A DNA stretch of 64,000 bases, taken from positions 928,001-992,000 of the forward strand of contig JAWAWX010000001.1 in assembly GCA_038897215.1 (NCBI GenBank). Reading direction: 5' to 3'. Shown here piece after piece: positions 9,541-20,004 of this stretch. Made by a program: the position numbers and the translations under genes. The notes below the pieces were generated by a model that had not been told where the DNA came from, did no database searches, and was given only the letters and a program-made list of their open reading frames with translations. How positions within the stretch are numbered: the stretch's first letter is position 1; each line of letters begins with the position of its first letter. Source of the stretch: Acidilobaceae archaeon (GTDB taxonomy: Archaea; Thermoproteota; Thermoprotei_A; Sulfolobales; Acidilobaceae).

Positions 9541-10014
9541 CACTGTGACACTGATGGGAGAGGGGGAGAGCTTCACGGAGCCCGGATGCCTCCAAGCCAG
9601 AGCTCTGGGATACGAGCTGAGACCCTGGATCATCTTGAGCCCCAGGTCTTCCTCTCCACTAGCTAGGAGCGCCCACGCTTTGAGTATAGTGCTGTCCCCT
9701 AGTCTTCTCGAGAACCGGGCTCCTCGAGACTCCTCTATGCTTATTCCTGTATCCACGTAGAGTCTAGATATGGGAGTCGTGGGCCCGCACGTGTAGGATA
9801 GCACGAGACCCCCGTAGACCATAGCGTACGCTATCACTGCATCTCTCCAATCAAGAGTCTTCAGAGCCTCCACGTCTCCTAGAGTGAACGCTAGGATTGC
9901 TGCTTTGAGAGCCCTGGAGGGTATGGGGAGGAGTCTTTCCGCATCGAGATAGGCCGAGACTGCTAGACACTGCCCCTCAGCTATCAGGAGCGGTGTTTTC
10001 ACCTTCAGCTCCAA
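9469..10014 (-). CDS. Hypothetical protein
   Basis: 181-aa ORF starting immediately after the upstream minus-strand gene; no recognised motif. Confidence 0.55.
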   Translation of the reverse strand: MELKVKTPLLIAEGQCLAVSAYLDAERLLPIPSRALKAAILAFTLGDVEALKTLDWRDAVIAYAMVYGGLVLSYTCGPTTPISRLYVDTGISIEESRGARFSRRLGDSTILKAWALLASGEEDLGLKMIQGLSSYPRALAWRHPGSVKLSPSPISVTVSARDLELLKLNPSYLDEIIRPWS

Positions 10015-10015
10015 G

Positions 10016-10546
10016 CTACATCACCGTCATATCCTCCCTCCTCCTAGCTCCCAGCTCTACTCCCCTGATGGAGAGCTCTCTGTTGAGGATTGACACTATG
10101 AGAGCGAATGCGTTCGACATCTCTCTCACTGCTGTCGATAGCTTCTCTCTCGAGAGGTCGCTCGCGTAGAGGACCTTGGTGACGTTTATGAACTGGAGCT
10201 CCTCTAGGGAGGGTTGCAAGCCGACGCTACAATCTCTGCAGAACATGACTAGGTCGTGGAGGATCTGAGAGGCTATAGCTATCCTCTCGTTTCTAGGGAG
10301 GCTCGCGAATGCGTCTCTGTGGTCTGGGCCTAGAGCGACACCTATCCCTAGAGCTACTATATCGTCTCTAGCTTTAGGCTTCTGGATCGCTACGTGTATC
10401 CTCGGAATGCTCGGGACTTCTACTAGAAGTAGCCAGTCGAGAGGAGCGAATGGGGGGACGCTCTCGACCCTAACAGAGAACCCCTCGGCTGTAAGCCATC
10501 TCAAGACCTCCTCCTGAGAAACCAACCTGGAGCCCCTCCGAGACAC
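10016..10546 (-). CDS. Hypothetical protein (DUF2299-like)
   Basis: N-terminal WL.AEG pattern resembles this archaeal family. Confidence 0.55.
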   Translation of the reverse strand: MSRRGSRLVSQEEVLRWLTAEGFSVRVESVPPFAPLDWLLLVEVPSIPRIHVAIQKPKARDDIVALGIGVALGPDHRDAFASLPRNERIAIASQILHDLVMFCRDCSVGLQPSLEELQFINVTKVLYASDLSREKLSTAVREMSNAFALIVSILNRELSIRGVELGARRREDMTVM

Positions 10547-10645
10547 GTTGGAGAACGAAGCCTAGAATATCTAGCCTTGGGGAGAGCTCGCTGATAGACG
10601 TCCCGTATATTTAGGCGGGGCTCTGAATCATCCGCGGGACCGCTC

Positions 10646-11407
10646 GTGTACTGGAGCGCGAAGCTCTTGGAGCTGAGAGAGCTCTCTCCGGGCTACCATC
10701 TGCTCAGAGTCGAGCTACTAGGAGTGGTCCCACGAGAGCCGGAGCCTCTCCAGTTCGTCATGCTCTGGGTCCCTAGAGTAGACGAGATGCCCATGTCTGT
10801 AGCGGACTACGAGAACGGGGTGCTGACGATAGTGTTCAGGGTCAGAGGCGAGGGTACTAGAGCTCTGAGCAGAGGGCCTCCCTTCCTCGGAGTGAGGGGG
10901 TTCTACGGGAGAGGCCTAGTCCCGAGACGCGGGGAGAGAGTGCTGTTCGTAGCGGGAGGCATTGGGATAGCCCCCTTCCCGTACCTGGCTAGAGTCGCTG
11001 AGAGAGCCGGGGCTCGAGTGGGGCTAGCCTGGGGGGTCAGGAGGGGCTCGGAGCTATTCGATGTCTCTAGCGTGGCCCCCTTCTCGTCGGTAGACGAGGT
11101 GGAGGTAGCTACAGAAGACTGCAGTAGGGGCTTCTGCGGGAACGCTGTAGACCTGGCTCTCAGCATGTATAGTAGAGGAGGCTGGGATAGAGTTATCGCA
11201 GTAGGCCCTAACGCGATGCTGGCCGCTGTCTGCGAGAAGCTGGGCTCCAGGGCTCTGGTAGCTCCCGAGGTGATGACGAAGTGCGGAGTGGGGGTCTGCG
11301 GCTCCTGCACTCTAAAGCCTCACCCTCTGCTACTCTGCGTTCACGGAGCTCTACTCTCATGTGGTGACATTCGAGGCTTTCTGGTGGGGTCTGATGCTAG
11401 AGGTTAG
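10646..11407 (+). CDS. pyrK: Dihydroorotate dehydrogenase electron transfer subunit
   Basis: QFVMLWVP..DEMPMS, AGGIGIAP, KCGVGVCGSC...C [2Fe-2S] motif; upstream of pyrD. Confidence 0.9.
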   Translation: MYWSAKLLELRELSPGYHLLRVELLGVVPREPEPLQFVMLWVPRVDEMPMSVADYENGVLTIVFRVRGEGTRALSRGPPFLGVRGFYGRGLVPRRGERVLFVAGGIGIAPFPYLARVAERAGARVGLAWGVRRGSELFDVSSVAPFSSVDEVEVATEDCSRGFCGNAVDLALSMYSRGGWDRVIAVGPNAMLAAVCEKLGSRALVAPEVMTKCGVGVCGSCTLKPHPLLLCVHGALLSCGDIRGFLVGSDARG

Positions 11408-12296
11408 CGTAGCCGGGCTCAGGCTGAGGCACCCGGTTATGAACGCGAGCGGGATCTTGGGCTCGGAGCCCGAGCACGTGGAGATACTAGCTGGCTACGG
11501 CGTGTCTGCAGTAGTCACCAAGACGATAACCCCGGAGCCTAGAGAAGGGTACCCTCCCCCCATAGTGGTAGAGCTCGCAAACGGCGGCTTGCTCAACGCC
11601 GTCGGGCTGGCTAACCCCGGAGTCTCCGCTGTCAGAGGCATCGTCGAGAAGGCTAGGAGCCTAGGAGTCCCCATAGTAGTCAGCGCGGGAGGGAGGACGC
11701 TCGAGGACTTCATCGTAGTAGCCGCGGAAGCCGAGAAGTGGGGGGCTTCTGCTGTAGAGCTAAACCTCAGCTGCCCGCATACGAGAGGCTACGGTATAGA
11801 GATTGGAGCAGACCCGGCTAACGTCTACGAGGTTGTGAAGAATACAGCGTCCACAGTGAAGATCCCGGTTCTAGCGAAGCTAGGCCTAGCTGACAGAGTC
11901 GTGGAGGCCTCCGGGAAGGCTCTGGAGGCCGGGGCTCGAGGGCTCACTCTGATAAACACCGTGAAAGCCATAGCCATAGACGTCTACTCAGCTAAGCCAA
12001 TACTATCGAATATCCACGGGGGCCTCTCGGGCCCGCCGATCAAGCCCATAGCCGTCAGAGTAGTGTACGACGTGTACAGAGAGTACGAGGCAGACATAGT
12101 GGGCTGTGGAGGCATAACGAGCTGGGTTGACGCGGCTGAGTTCATACTAGCGGGGGCTAGAGCAGTCCAGGTCGGGACAGCGCTAGCGCTGAGACCGGGG
12201 GTCGTTAGAGAGATAATCGAGGGGCTCGAGCAGTGGGCCGCGAGACTGGGGGCTCGTAGCGTGAGCGACCTGGTGGGGGCAGCTCACAGAAGGTGA
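11394..12296 (+). CDS. pyrD: Dihydroorotate dehydrogenase catalytic subunit (family 1B)
   Basis: NASG, NAVGLANPG, ELNLSCPH, INT, GGLSG. Confidence 0.95.
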   Translation: MLEVSVAGLRLRHPVMNASGILGSEPEHVEILAGYGVSAVVTKTITPEPREGYPPPIVVELANGGLLNAVGLANPGVSAVRGIVEKARSLGVPIVVSAGGRTLEDFIVVAAEAEKWGASAVELNLSCPHTRGYGIEIGADPANVYEVVKNTASTVKIPVLAKLGLADRVVEASGKALEAGARGLTLINTVKAIAIDVYSAKPILSNIHGGLSGPPIKPIAVRVVYDVYREYEADIVGCGGITSWVDAAEFILAGARAVQVGTALALRPGVVREIIEGLEQWAARLGARSVSDLVGAAHRR

Positions 12297-12366
12297 GAGA
12301 GGAGCCGGGAGGCGTGCAGAGAAATGAGGGGTTGTGCGCGGAGAGCTCGCGAGCCGAGGGCTCAAG

Positions 12367-14493
12367 CTACGCTACTGCTCTCAGGACGTCTTTCACTGAG
12401 AGTACTCCAGCTAGTCTCCCTCCCTCTCTGAGTATCACCACGTGTCTTATGTTGTGTCTGACCATTAGCTCTGCAGCGTCTCTGACTGTGGCTGTGGTCG
12501 GCACGCTGATGACCTCTCTTCTCATCACCTGCTCCACTGGAGCCTCTGGGTCTAGGTCGTGGGCTAGCATCCTCACTATATCGCTCTCGGAGATTATGCC
12601 AAGCACTCTCCCATCAGCGTCCACTATGGGGACTAGCCCTACGTTGTTCCTCGCGATGGTCTTGATCACGTCTCCCAGCTTGGAGTCGAGAGTGACGTAG
12701 ATGGGCTCTCTGGGGGCTGCGTCGAGAGCCTTGACTCTGAGAGCCACCTTCTTCTCGAGGACCTTCCTCAGCGATAGCGCCTCATTTAGCAGCTCTCTCT
12801 CCTCGATGACCCCCACTACTTCATCGCCGTCGCTGCAGACTGGGACTGCTGGGACGCCGTAGCTCTGCATTATGACGAAGGCATCTACTACCCTAGCGTC
12901 TCTCCTCATGCACTCCACTCTAACCATGGCTCTCGAAGCCGGCTCCTCGGGCTTAACGCCTGCTGCTAGAGCTCTGACTATAGACCTGGTGTATATCAGG
13001 CCGGCGAGCTTGCTGGACGCTACGACAGCGACTCTGTTCCTGGCCCCGGCCATGGCTCTAGCGACCTGTCTTAGCGGCATGTCTGGAGAGACTATGAGCG
13101 GCTTCTTGGCGAACCTCTCTGCCGAGAGCTCAGCCCAGATCCTCACTCCCAGAGTCTCGGGGCCTCTCACGAGGAAGAGAAGAGCCATCACCGCGGGGAC
13201 TAGCCCGGCCCATATCAGGGTGGCTAGGTAGAGGTCTTTCGTGATGTAGCCGTAGATCGCTGTTATAGCCAGGGGGGTGAGGCCTCCGGTGACTCCGTAG
13301 CCTAGGTTGTACGCGAGAGCGACGCTACTTATCCTGATCCTGGCGGGGAAGATCTCTAGAAGCCACGCTGACATAGCTCCGCTGTAGCCTATGCCGTTGA
13401 ATATAGTCATGGAGAACATCGTGAGGAACGCCATTAACGCGTTGTTCTCGACAACGCTCCTCTCTAAGAACCTCAGAGCTACTATGAACCAAAGCGCGTT
13501 ACCGTATATGCCCAGGAGTAGGATCGGCTTCCTCCCCAGCCTGTCCGATATGTATCCGAAGAGCGGGTACATCCAGAGAGAGAGCAGAGCAGCCACCATG
13601 AGGTAGAAGGACGCGTCGAACGTCACCTGGGCCCCGACTTCTCTAGCGAATATCCTGACGTACTCTCTAGCGTAGAGCATGTTCGTATACCATATGGGTC
13701 CGTGAGCTCCCACTACTCCGATCCAGGCTAGTATGACCAGAGGCAGGTACTCTCTCGAGAACACCTCTCTTATCGGAGCCGATGTGACCCTCCTCACTGC
13801 TCTGAGCGCTGCGAAGATAGGCGTCTCCTTGTAGATGAACATTATTATCCCTGCTATGATCACGTCTGTGAAGGCAGCTAGGAAGAAGACCAGCCTCCAG
13901 CCCCAGTCGGTGAAAGCGTCGCCAGTCAGCCACTTAGTGAAGCTGTATAGACCCATCGTTATTCCCATGCCAGCGGGAGCCGTGGTGAAGAGGAAGCCTG
14001 TGAAGAACCCTCTCCTATGCTCTGGCACGAACTCTCCCAGGTAGACTATCGCTGACCCGAAGCCACCGCCTAAGCCCAGGCCCTGCAAGAACCTCAGGAA
14101 CGCTAGCGCTATCGGCGCCGCTATGCCTATCTCCGCGTACGTCGGCAGGAGCCCCATGGCTACTGTTGAAAGGAAGAGAGTCATTAGAGCCGCTACGAAC
14201 GCCACCCTCCTACCATACTGGTCTCCGATCTTCCCGAAGAGAAGGGCTCCGAGAGGCCTGCTCAGGAAGCCTATAGCTAGAATGCCGTAGGCTCCTATCA
14301 GCGCCGCTATGGGGTCCGCCTTGGGGAAGAACTTGGGGGCTATGATCGGCCCGGCTAGCACCACGTAGGAGTAGAAGTCTAGCCACTCTGTCAGAGCCCC
14401 GGCCCAGGAGACGACGCTGACAGAGGCTACGTCTCTAATCCCGGCCCCTGTTCTAGCTCCCGTAGCCTGCCCAGCCATCATCTCACCCACCAT
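12367..14493 (-). CDS. MFS transporter (metabolite:H+ symporter type) fused to C-terminal CBS domains
   Basis: EWLDF, RPLGALLFGKIGDQYGRR and SDRLGRK motifs in the ~450-aa N-terminal part; two CBS pairs in the last ~250 aa. Confidence 0.88.
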   Translation of the reverse strand: MVGEMMAGQATGARTGAGIRDVASVSVVSWAGALTEWLDFYSYVVLAGPIIAPKFFPKADPIAALIGAYGILAIGFLSRPLGALLFGKIGDQYGRRVAFVAALMTLFLSTVAMGLLPTYAEIGIAAPIALAFLRFLQGLGLGGGFGSAIVYLGEFVPEHRRGFFTGFLFTTAPAGMGITMGLYSFTKWLTGDAFTDWGWRLVFFLAAFTDVIIAGIIMFIYKETPIFAALRAVRRVTSAPIREVFSREYLPLVILAWIGVVGAHGPIWYTNMLYAREYVRIFAREVGAQVTFDASFYLMVAALLSLWMYPLFGYISDRLGRKPILLLGIYGNALWFIVALRFLERSVVENNALMAFLTMFSMTIFNGIGYSGAMSAWLLEIFPARIRISSVALAYNLGYGVTGGLTPLAITAIYGYITKDLYLATLIWAGLVPAVMALLFLVRGPETLGVRIWAELSAERFAKKPLIVSPDMPLRQVARAMAGARNRVAVVASSKLAGLIYTRSIVRALAAGVKPEEPASRAMVRVECMRRDARVVDAFVIMQSYGVPAVPVCSDGDEVVGVIEERELLNEALSLRKVLEKKVALRVKALDAAPREPIYVTLDSKLGDVIKTIARNNVGLVPIVDADGRVLGIISESDIVRMLAHDLDPEAPVEQVMRREVISVPTTATVRDAAELMVRHNIRHVVILREGGRLAGVLSVKDVLRAVA

Positions 14494-14764
14494 AGTAGAG
14501 TGTATCTATGGAGGGCTCTGTCGGGCTGGCTGCTGCTCGCTTTGTCTTGTTACAAGTCCCTATTGCAATCTCTACTAGATTTGTTTTAGACAGGCGCATA
14601 GAACCTCCACCTATTCTAGTCGAATTCTGCGGAGAGTCTGACGGTTAAATATCTTTCTCTCAACCTGCACTCTTGCGAGACGAGGCTGCTTGAAGCCGCT
14701 CTCAAGCCTAGCGAGTCACTCTTATAACCTAAAGCTGGCACTTAGACCTCTGGGGCGCTTATTG

Positions 14765-16093
14765 GTGCTAGACGGGGTTAGAGCAGCGCTACAGAGATTC
14801 CTCGGTAGCTCTAACTACGAGAAGGCGGTAGAGGAGTTCGCTAGAGACCTTCAAAGAGAGCTCTTGCGCTCCGACGTCAACGTCAAGCTGGTGATAGAGG
14901 TCACTCAGAGAATCAAGGAGAGAGCCTTCAAGGAGCCCCCGCCCTCGATGGTGAGCAGGAGAGACTGGTTCACGAAGATAGTCTACGAGGAGCTAGCCAG
15001 GCTCTTCGGGGGAGACTCGGAGCCCAGAGTAGACCCCCCTAGAACCCCCTGGGTCATGATGCTAGTCGGAGTGCAGGGCTCCGGGAAGACCACTACCGCC
15101 GGGAAGATCGCGTTCTTCTACTCGAAGAGAGGCTACAAGACGGGGCTCGTCTCGACCGACACCTACAGGCCCGGGGCTCTAGAGCAACTGAAGACTCTAG
15201 CCGAGAGGGTCGGAGCCTTCTTCTACGGAGAGAGCTCCGGAGACCCTGCTGATATAGCTGAGAGAGGGGTTAGAGAGCTCGTCTCGAGAGGAGCTCAGGT
15301 AATCGTCATAGATACGGCTGGTAGGCACGGCTACGGGAGCGAGGAGAAGCTACTAGAGGAGATGAGGAGACTAGCTGAGAGAATCAAGCCGGATGAGATA
15401 GTCCTCGTTATAGACGCTGCTATGGGTCAGAGAGCCTACGACTTAGCTAGGAGATTCCACTCAGTCACACCGATAGGGTCCATAGCTGTGACCAAGCTCG
15501 ACGGGACGGCTAGAGGAGGTGGGGCTCTATCGGCCGCGGCTGCTACCGGAGCTCAGATAAAGTTCGTGGGAGTGGGGGAGAAGCTGGAGGAGCTAGAGGT
15601 ATTCAGGCCCAGGAGGTTCGCTGCACGCATCCTAGGCCTCGGAGACCTCGATACTCTCCTCGAGAAGCTGAAGATGATAGAGGAGGCTAGAGAGCTAGAA
15701 GAGGCGGCTGAAAGCCTAGCCCGGGGGAGGCTGAGCCTCAGGCTGGTCTACAGGCAGCTTAAAGCGACTAGAAGCATGGGCTCTCTATCCAAGATCATCC
15801 AGTACCTCCCGGGCGCCGGGCTCCTCGTAGACGTGCCGAAGGACGTCTTGAAGCTAGGCGATGAGAGGATCAAGAAGTGGATGGCGATATTGGAGAGTAT
15901 GACCTACGAGGAGCTAGACAACCCAGACATCATAGACAAGAGCAGGATCAGGAGGATAGCTATCGGTAGCGGTGCTAGCCCCGATGAGGTTAGAGAGCTC
16001 CTCACATACTACAAGACCATGAAGAAGCTCGCAGCGAAGCTCAAGAGAGACAAGAGCTTGCTTAGAAGACTAGGGCTGGGCGATATCCAGTGA
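14765..16093 (+). CDS. srp54: Signal recognition particle protein SRP54
   Basis: GVQGSGKTTT, DTAGRH, TKLDG, SMT.EE, RRIAIGSG; start trimmed using TATA box near 14722. Confidence 0.95.
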   Translation: MLDGVRAALQRFLGSSNYEKAVEEFARDLQRELLRSDVNVKLVIEVTQRIKERAFKEPPPSMVSRRDWFTKIVYEELARLFGGDSEPRVDPPRTPWVMMLVGVQGSGKTTTAGKIAFFYSKRGYKTGLVSTDTYRPGALEQLKTLAERVGAFFYGESSGDPADIAERGVRELVSRGAQVIVIDTAGRHGYGSEEKLLEEMRRLAERIKPDEIVLVIDAAMGQRAYDLARRFHSVTPIGSIAVTKLDGTARGGGALSAAAATGAQIKFVGVGEKLEELEVFRPRRFAARILGLGDLDTLLEKLKMIEEARELEEAAESLARGRLSLRLVYRQLKATRSMGSLSKIIQYLPGAGLLVDVPKDVLKLGDERIKKWMAILESMTYEELDNPDIIDKSRIRRIAIGSGASPDEVRELLTYYKTMKKLAAKLKRDKSLLRRLGLGDIQ

Positions 16094-16575
16094 GCTCTCC
16101 AAGCGTGGCGCGAGCACACGTCTACACTACGCCGGCCAGCGCTCTAGACTCCGCTAGATTCATAGCTGCCTCGCTCCTCGTCTCCCACGGTCTGAGACCC
16201 TATGCTCTCGCTGCAGCGCGAGTTGGCGATAGGTGGGTGATCGCTAGAGGAGATAGGGTCAGGCATCTGAGGCCAGACGAGGATAGCCTCGAGGGCTGGA
16301 TTAGAGCCGTTCTGAGAGGTAGCCCTCTAGGAGCTCTAGTCGCGCCCGCTCTTCCCGAGTCTCCCAGACCCGTTGTCTGCATAGATGAAAGCGGGAGAGA
16401 CGCTATGCTAGCTCTTCTAGAGATAGGAGAGCCCGTCACTCTCACCTACGGAGCTTCTCTCGAGCTCTGCGACTACAGGCTTAGAGTAGGGTTAGAGCTC
16501 CCAGCGTTTCTACAAGCAGCTATAGCCAACGTGCTTCTAGACAACTGGAGAGCCTTGAGGAGAGCTAGGCTGTAG
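16090..16575 (+). CDS. TrmY/DUF358-like SPOUT methyltransferase homolog, shortened
   Basis: LVSHGLR and [11 protein letters not shown] motifs; lies directly after srp54. Confidence 0.55.
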   Translation: MSSPSVARAHVYTTPASALDSARFIAASLLVSHGLRPYALAAARVGDRWVIARGDRVRHLRPDEDSLEGWIRAVLRGSPLGALVAPALPESPRPVVCIDESGRDAMLALLEIGEPVTLTYGASLELCDYRLRVGLELPAFLQAAIANVLLDNWRALRRARL

Positions 16576-17182
16576 CGCTCTCCACCTTAGCCGCCATGAA
16601 CTGCTCGTAGTCGAGGTCTAAGTCCTGGTCTCCTGCTAGAACGCCCCTATTCCTCAAGATCTCTCTAGTGAGTATCCAGTAGAGGAGAGCTAAGCTCCTC
16701 CTGCCCCTGTTGTTAGCCGGGATGGCTAAGTCCACCATCTCCACCTTGTTATCCGTGTCGACGAAGGCCACAACGGGGATCCTGGCTTTAGACGCTTCTA
16801 CGAGCGCCTGCTTGTCTGTCCTAGGGTCGCTTATCAAGACCACCTCTGGCTCTATGTAGTAGCTCAGCTTGGGGTTCGTGAAAGTGCCGGGAACAGTCCT
16901 CCCGGTTATAGCCTTGCAGCCGAGGTACTTGCACATCATCTCAGCCGGCTTCTGAGCGTATATCCTAGTGGCTACGACAGCTATCTTAGATGGCTCGAAG
17001 CGCGCTAGGAACCGGCTAGCTATCCTGAGCCTCTCGTCTACCTTGACTACGTCGAGTAAGTAGAAGCCCTCCGGTAGTATCTTGTAGGTGAACCTCCTCA
17101 TGTACTTAGTGCAGATCTGAGTGCCTATGATGACCCCGGCCTTCTTGTAGAGGTCTGCTGGCACTAGTAGCTCTACCATCAC
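16565..17182 (-). CDS. rps2: 30S ribosomal protein S2
   Basis: [17 protein letters not shown]. Confidence 0.96.
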   Translation of the reverse strand: MMVELLVPADLYKKAGVIIGTQICTKYMRRFTYKILPEGFYLLDVVKVDERLRIASRFLARFEPSKIAVVATRIYAQKPAEMMCKYLGCKAITGRTVPGTFTNPKLSYYIEPEVVLISDPRTDKQALVEASKARIPVVAFVDTDNKVEMVDLAIPANNRGRRSLALLYWILTREILRNRGVLAGDQDLDLDYEQFMAAKVESATA

Positions 17183-17445
17183 AGCTCACCCCTCACTTGA
17201 GCTGAGAAGTGCTCTTTTATCACTCTATCTCTAAGCCTCGAGTAGACGTTGTACTTGGATATCTCCTCTATGTAAGTCACGGAGGTGAAGAGTGTTCTCC
17301 TACAACAGTACCTTCTAACACCCAAGCTGTCTAGAACTCTAGCCGGCTCTTCGCCCTCAGAGACTCTCTTCGAGAACTCTTCCCACAAGTGCCCCAGAGG
17401 GGCTCCGCACGTGAAGCACCTGACGGGGGGCAGCATGGCTGTCAC
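17179..17445 (-). CDS. rpoN: RNA polymerase subunit N (Rpo10)
   Basis: PVRCFTCG...RYCCRR. Confidence 0.96.
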   Translation of the reverse strand: MTAMLPPVRCFTCGAPLGHLWEEFSKRVSEGEEPARVLDSLGVRRYCCRRTLFTSVTYIEEISKYNVYSRLRDRVIKEHFSAQVRGEL

Positions 17446-17909
17446 CTATACGACCTCTGCTTCCTCCTCCTAGCGCTATACCTCATAGGCTTCTCCGACT
17501 CCGTTCTCCTAGGGTCTCCGACTAGCATGTGTCTATCGTACTCCTCGAAGACTCTCCTCAGCTTCTCCCCTACCTCTCTCAAGCTCTTGCACACCTCTGT
17601 CTCGTCCTCGCAACTGAAGAACTCGACGAGACCCCTAGCTATCGCTATCCTAGCTGCCTCAGCTTGGCCCATGAAGCCTCCTCCTTTAACATTGACATGG
17701 ATATCGACCAGGTTTCTGAGCCTGCCTGCTAGGAGGAGAGGCTCCTCGATCTTCATGCGAGCCATCTCTACAGGCAGTATCTCGAGTGGGACTCCGTTGA
17801 TGAATACTCTGCCCGACCCCCTCCTTATCACTGCTGTTGCTCGCGCAGTCTTCCTCTTCCCGCTAGCCACGACTATCCTATCGCCCACAGCCTCGAGAAT
17901 ACTGCTCAT
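17442..17909 (-). CDS. rps9: 30S ribosomal protein S9
   Basis: GKRKTA, GGGFMGQ, C-terminal QRSYR; ATGA overlap with the rpl13 stop. Confidence 0.95.
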   Translation of the reverse strand: MSSILEAVGDRIVVASGKRKTARATAVIRRGSGRVFINGVPLEILPVEMARMKIEEPLLLAGRLRNLVDIHVNVKGGGFMGQAEAARIAIARGLVEFFSCEDETEVCKSLREVGEKLRRVFEEYDRHMLVGDPRRTESEKPMRYSARRRKQRSYR

Positions 17910-18364
17910 CTCTCGCCACCCCTCCATCCAAGAGCTCTAGCTATAAGTGCTAGAGTAGCCTGAGGAGGGCTCGAGAGCCTCGAGGCGTCGGCTTCAGGGA
18001 AGCGGGTGAAGCTCTTGTCTTTCAAGCTGTCGGGAATCCCCGAGTAGGCTCTGAGCCTCTTGAGTGCTCTCACACCCCTCATATTCTTAGGCAGCATGCC
18101 CCACACTGTCTTCTTGAAGATCATCACGGGGCTTCTTGGCCTCTTAGGTCTCCACTTGTGAGAGTAGTGAGACCTCACTCCTAGCACTGTCCTCTTGTAT
18201 GAGTCTACCACCATGGCTCTCCGTCCGCTAACAACTATCTTGTCCACGTTGACAACGTAGACTCTATAGCCCTCTAGCAACCTCTTAGCGATAATGCTAG
18301 CAAGCCTGCCTAAGATCATCCCGGAGCCGTCGACGTATATCTCTCCTCTGACCTCTCCCCTCAT
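17906..18364 (-). CDS. rpl13: 50S ribosomal protein L13
   Basis: ILGRLAS, VWGMLP. Confidence 0.95.
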   Translation of the reverse strand: MRGEVRGEIYVDGSGMILGRLASIIAKRLLEGYRVYVVNVDKIVVSGRRAMVVDSYKRTVLGVRSHYSHKWRPKRPRSPVMIFKKTVWGMLPKNMRGVRALKRLRAYSGIPDSLKDKSFTRFPEADASRLSSPPQATLALIARALGWRGGER

Positions 18365-18374
18365 GGCACCTCGC

Positions 18375-18740
18375 CTAGACTATCAGCTTCACGTTTCTAG
18401 CCTCAGGGTTGACTCTAACAGCTTCCTCTAGGGTTAGGAACTGGCAGCCGGAGCTCTTGATCTTAGCTAGAGCGGTTGCTGAAGCGCTGAGCGCTGCTAT
18501 GGTTAGAGTCTTCCCAGCTATAGACCCTACTCCGAGCACCTTGCCCGGGACTACTACGAAGTCTCCGTTGCTAGCGTATCTGTTGATCTTGCTCAGGTTT
18601 ACCGCGACTCTCCTCCTCCTAGGCTTCTCTATCTCCTCGGCTACTCTCAGCCAGGCTGGCGCCTTGTTCTCTCTAGCAACCTTCCTCAGCATCCTGGCTA
18701 GCCTCCTGACCAGAGCGTTCGTGGGGCCTGTGGGCTTCAT
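18375..18740 (-). CDS. rpl18e: 50S ribosomal protein L18e
   Basis: VNLSKINRY, VVPGKVLG. Confidence 0.95.
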   Translation of the reverse strand: MKPTGPTNALVRRLARMLRKVARENKAPAWLRVAEEIEKPRRRRVAVNLSKINRYASNGDFVVVPGKVLGVGSIAGKTLTIAALSASATALAKIKSSGCQFLTLEEAVRVNPEARNVKLIV

Positions 18741-18744
18741 CTTC

Positions 18745-19584
18745 TCACCTCAGCTTCCTGAGCTCCTCTATTAGGGCTAAGGCTCTACTCTCTAATGCTC
18801 TTATAGCTTCATAGACTATCCTCTGAGGGCTCAGAGCTCCCGTGCTTTCCACGATGAGTTCTAGCGTGCTCCTATCGTATTTCAAGGTTACTGCTCCACT
18901 GCACTCGCTCTCAGCGCAGTACCTGAGCCCGCTCGTGTTCGCCACGTGGTGGAGCTCTAGAGACCCCTTCTTCAGCCTAGCTAGCTCCTCGTAGAGCTCC
19001 TCGCTACAGCTCTTGAGGCACTCGATGCATCTCTTCTCTGCTTTCTCCAAGTCGAAGGTTATGACGGGAGTGAATCTGAGAACAGAGACGCTAGCAGGGC
19101 TCCACTTAGCGTGCTCTCTCCCCCTCCCTAGCCTAGCGTAAGCTACGAGCTGGAGTCTCTGCCCTGGAGCCACGTAGGTTATAGGGGTCTCGGGGTAGGC
19201 TGGCTTAACGTCGGGGTCTGAGATCTTCAAGTCCGAGGCTTTCACGTAGGAGCCTGTGAGAGACCCCCTGTCTACAGCGTAGTCTAGGTATATCTCTACG
19301 AAGCACTTCTCGCTAGGGGGCTCTACGTCTCGGCACTCCTCGGGAGACCCGTACTTGCCCAGAGCTTCCTCAGACCTCAGTACCGTCAAGCCTAGTCTGT
19401 GAGCTATCATCTCATCGTAGACGTCCGTGGAGTTCTCGTAGAAGTAGACGACGTCTACAGCAATAGTGGGGACGTCTGAGAGAACCAGTCTCCTCAAGGC
19501 GTTAACGTACGCTACCTCGAATCCTCTAGCCACGAGCTTTATCCTTCGGTCGTCGAGACTGAGGATAGAGACAGATGTGGGCAA
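18745..19584 (-). CDS. rpoD: RNA polymerase subunit D (Rpo3)
   Basis: NALRR, DEMIAHRLGL, HAKWSP, VESTGAL. Confidence 0.95.
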   Translation of the reverse strand: MPTSVSILSLDDRRIKLVARGFEVAYVNALRRLVLSDVPTIAVDVVYFYENSTDVYDEMIAHRLGLTVLRSEEALGKYGSPEECRDVEPPSEKCFVEIYLDYAVDRGSLTGSYVKASDLKISDPDVKPAYPETPITYVAPGQRLQLVAYARLGRGREHAKWSPASVSVLRFTPVITFDLEKAEKRCIECLKSCSEELYEELARLKKGSLELHHVANTSGLRYCAESECSGAVTLKYDRSTLELIVESTGALSPQRIVYEAIRALESRALALIEELRKLR

Positions 19585-19590
19585 GAAGCT

Positions 19591-19992
19591 TCAGACCCTC
19601 CTCCCTCTCCTGCCACCAGGCTTCCTGATAGAGTCGTGAGGTATCGGAGTGACGTCCTCGATCCTGCCTATGATGAAGCCCGCTCTAGCTAGAGTCCTTA
19701 TAGCCGCCTGAGCCCCGGGCCCTGGCGTCTTAGGCCCGTAGCCTCCGGGAGCTCTTACCTTAACGTGGAGAGCTACCACGCCTTTCTCGAAGGCTTGCTG
19801 AGCGACTCTGTTAGCTGAGAGCATGGCGGCGTAGGGAGAGGGCTTCTCTCTATCAGCCTTCACGACCATGCCCCCGCTAGCTCTAGCTATAGTCTCTGCT
19901 CCAGTCAGGTCCGTTATGTGGATGTGCGTGTTGTTGAAGCTACTGTATATGTGCGCTACCCCCCACTTTATCTCTCTAGATGCTAGAGCCAT
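19591..19992 (-). CDS. rps11: 30S ribosomal protein S11
   Basis: [16 protein letters not shown]. Confidence 0.97.
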   Translation of the reverse strand: MALASREIKWGVAHIYSSFNNTHIHITDLTGAETIARASGGMVVKADREKPSPYAAMLSANRVAQQAFEKGVVALHVKVRAPGGYGPKTPGPGAQAAIRTLARAGFIIGRIEDVTPIPHDSIRKPGGRRGRRV

Positions 19993-20004
19993 TCTCAGCT
20001 CACC

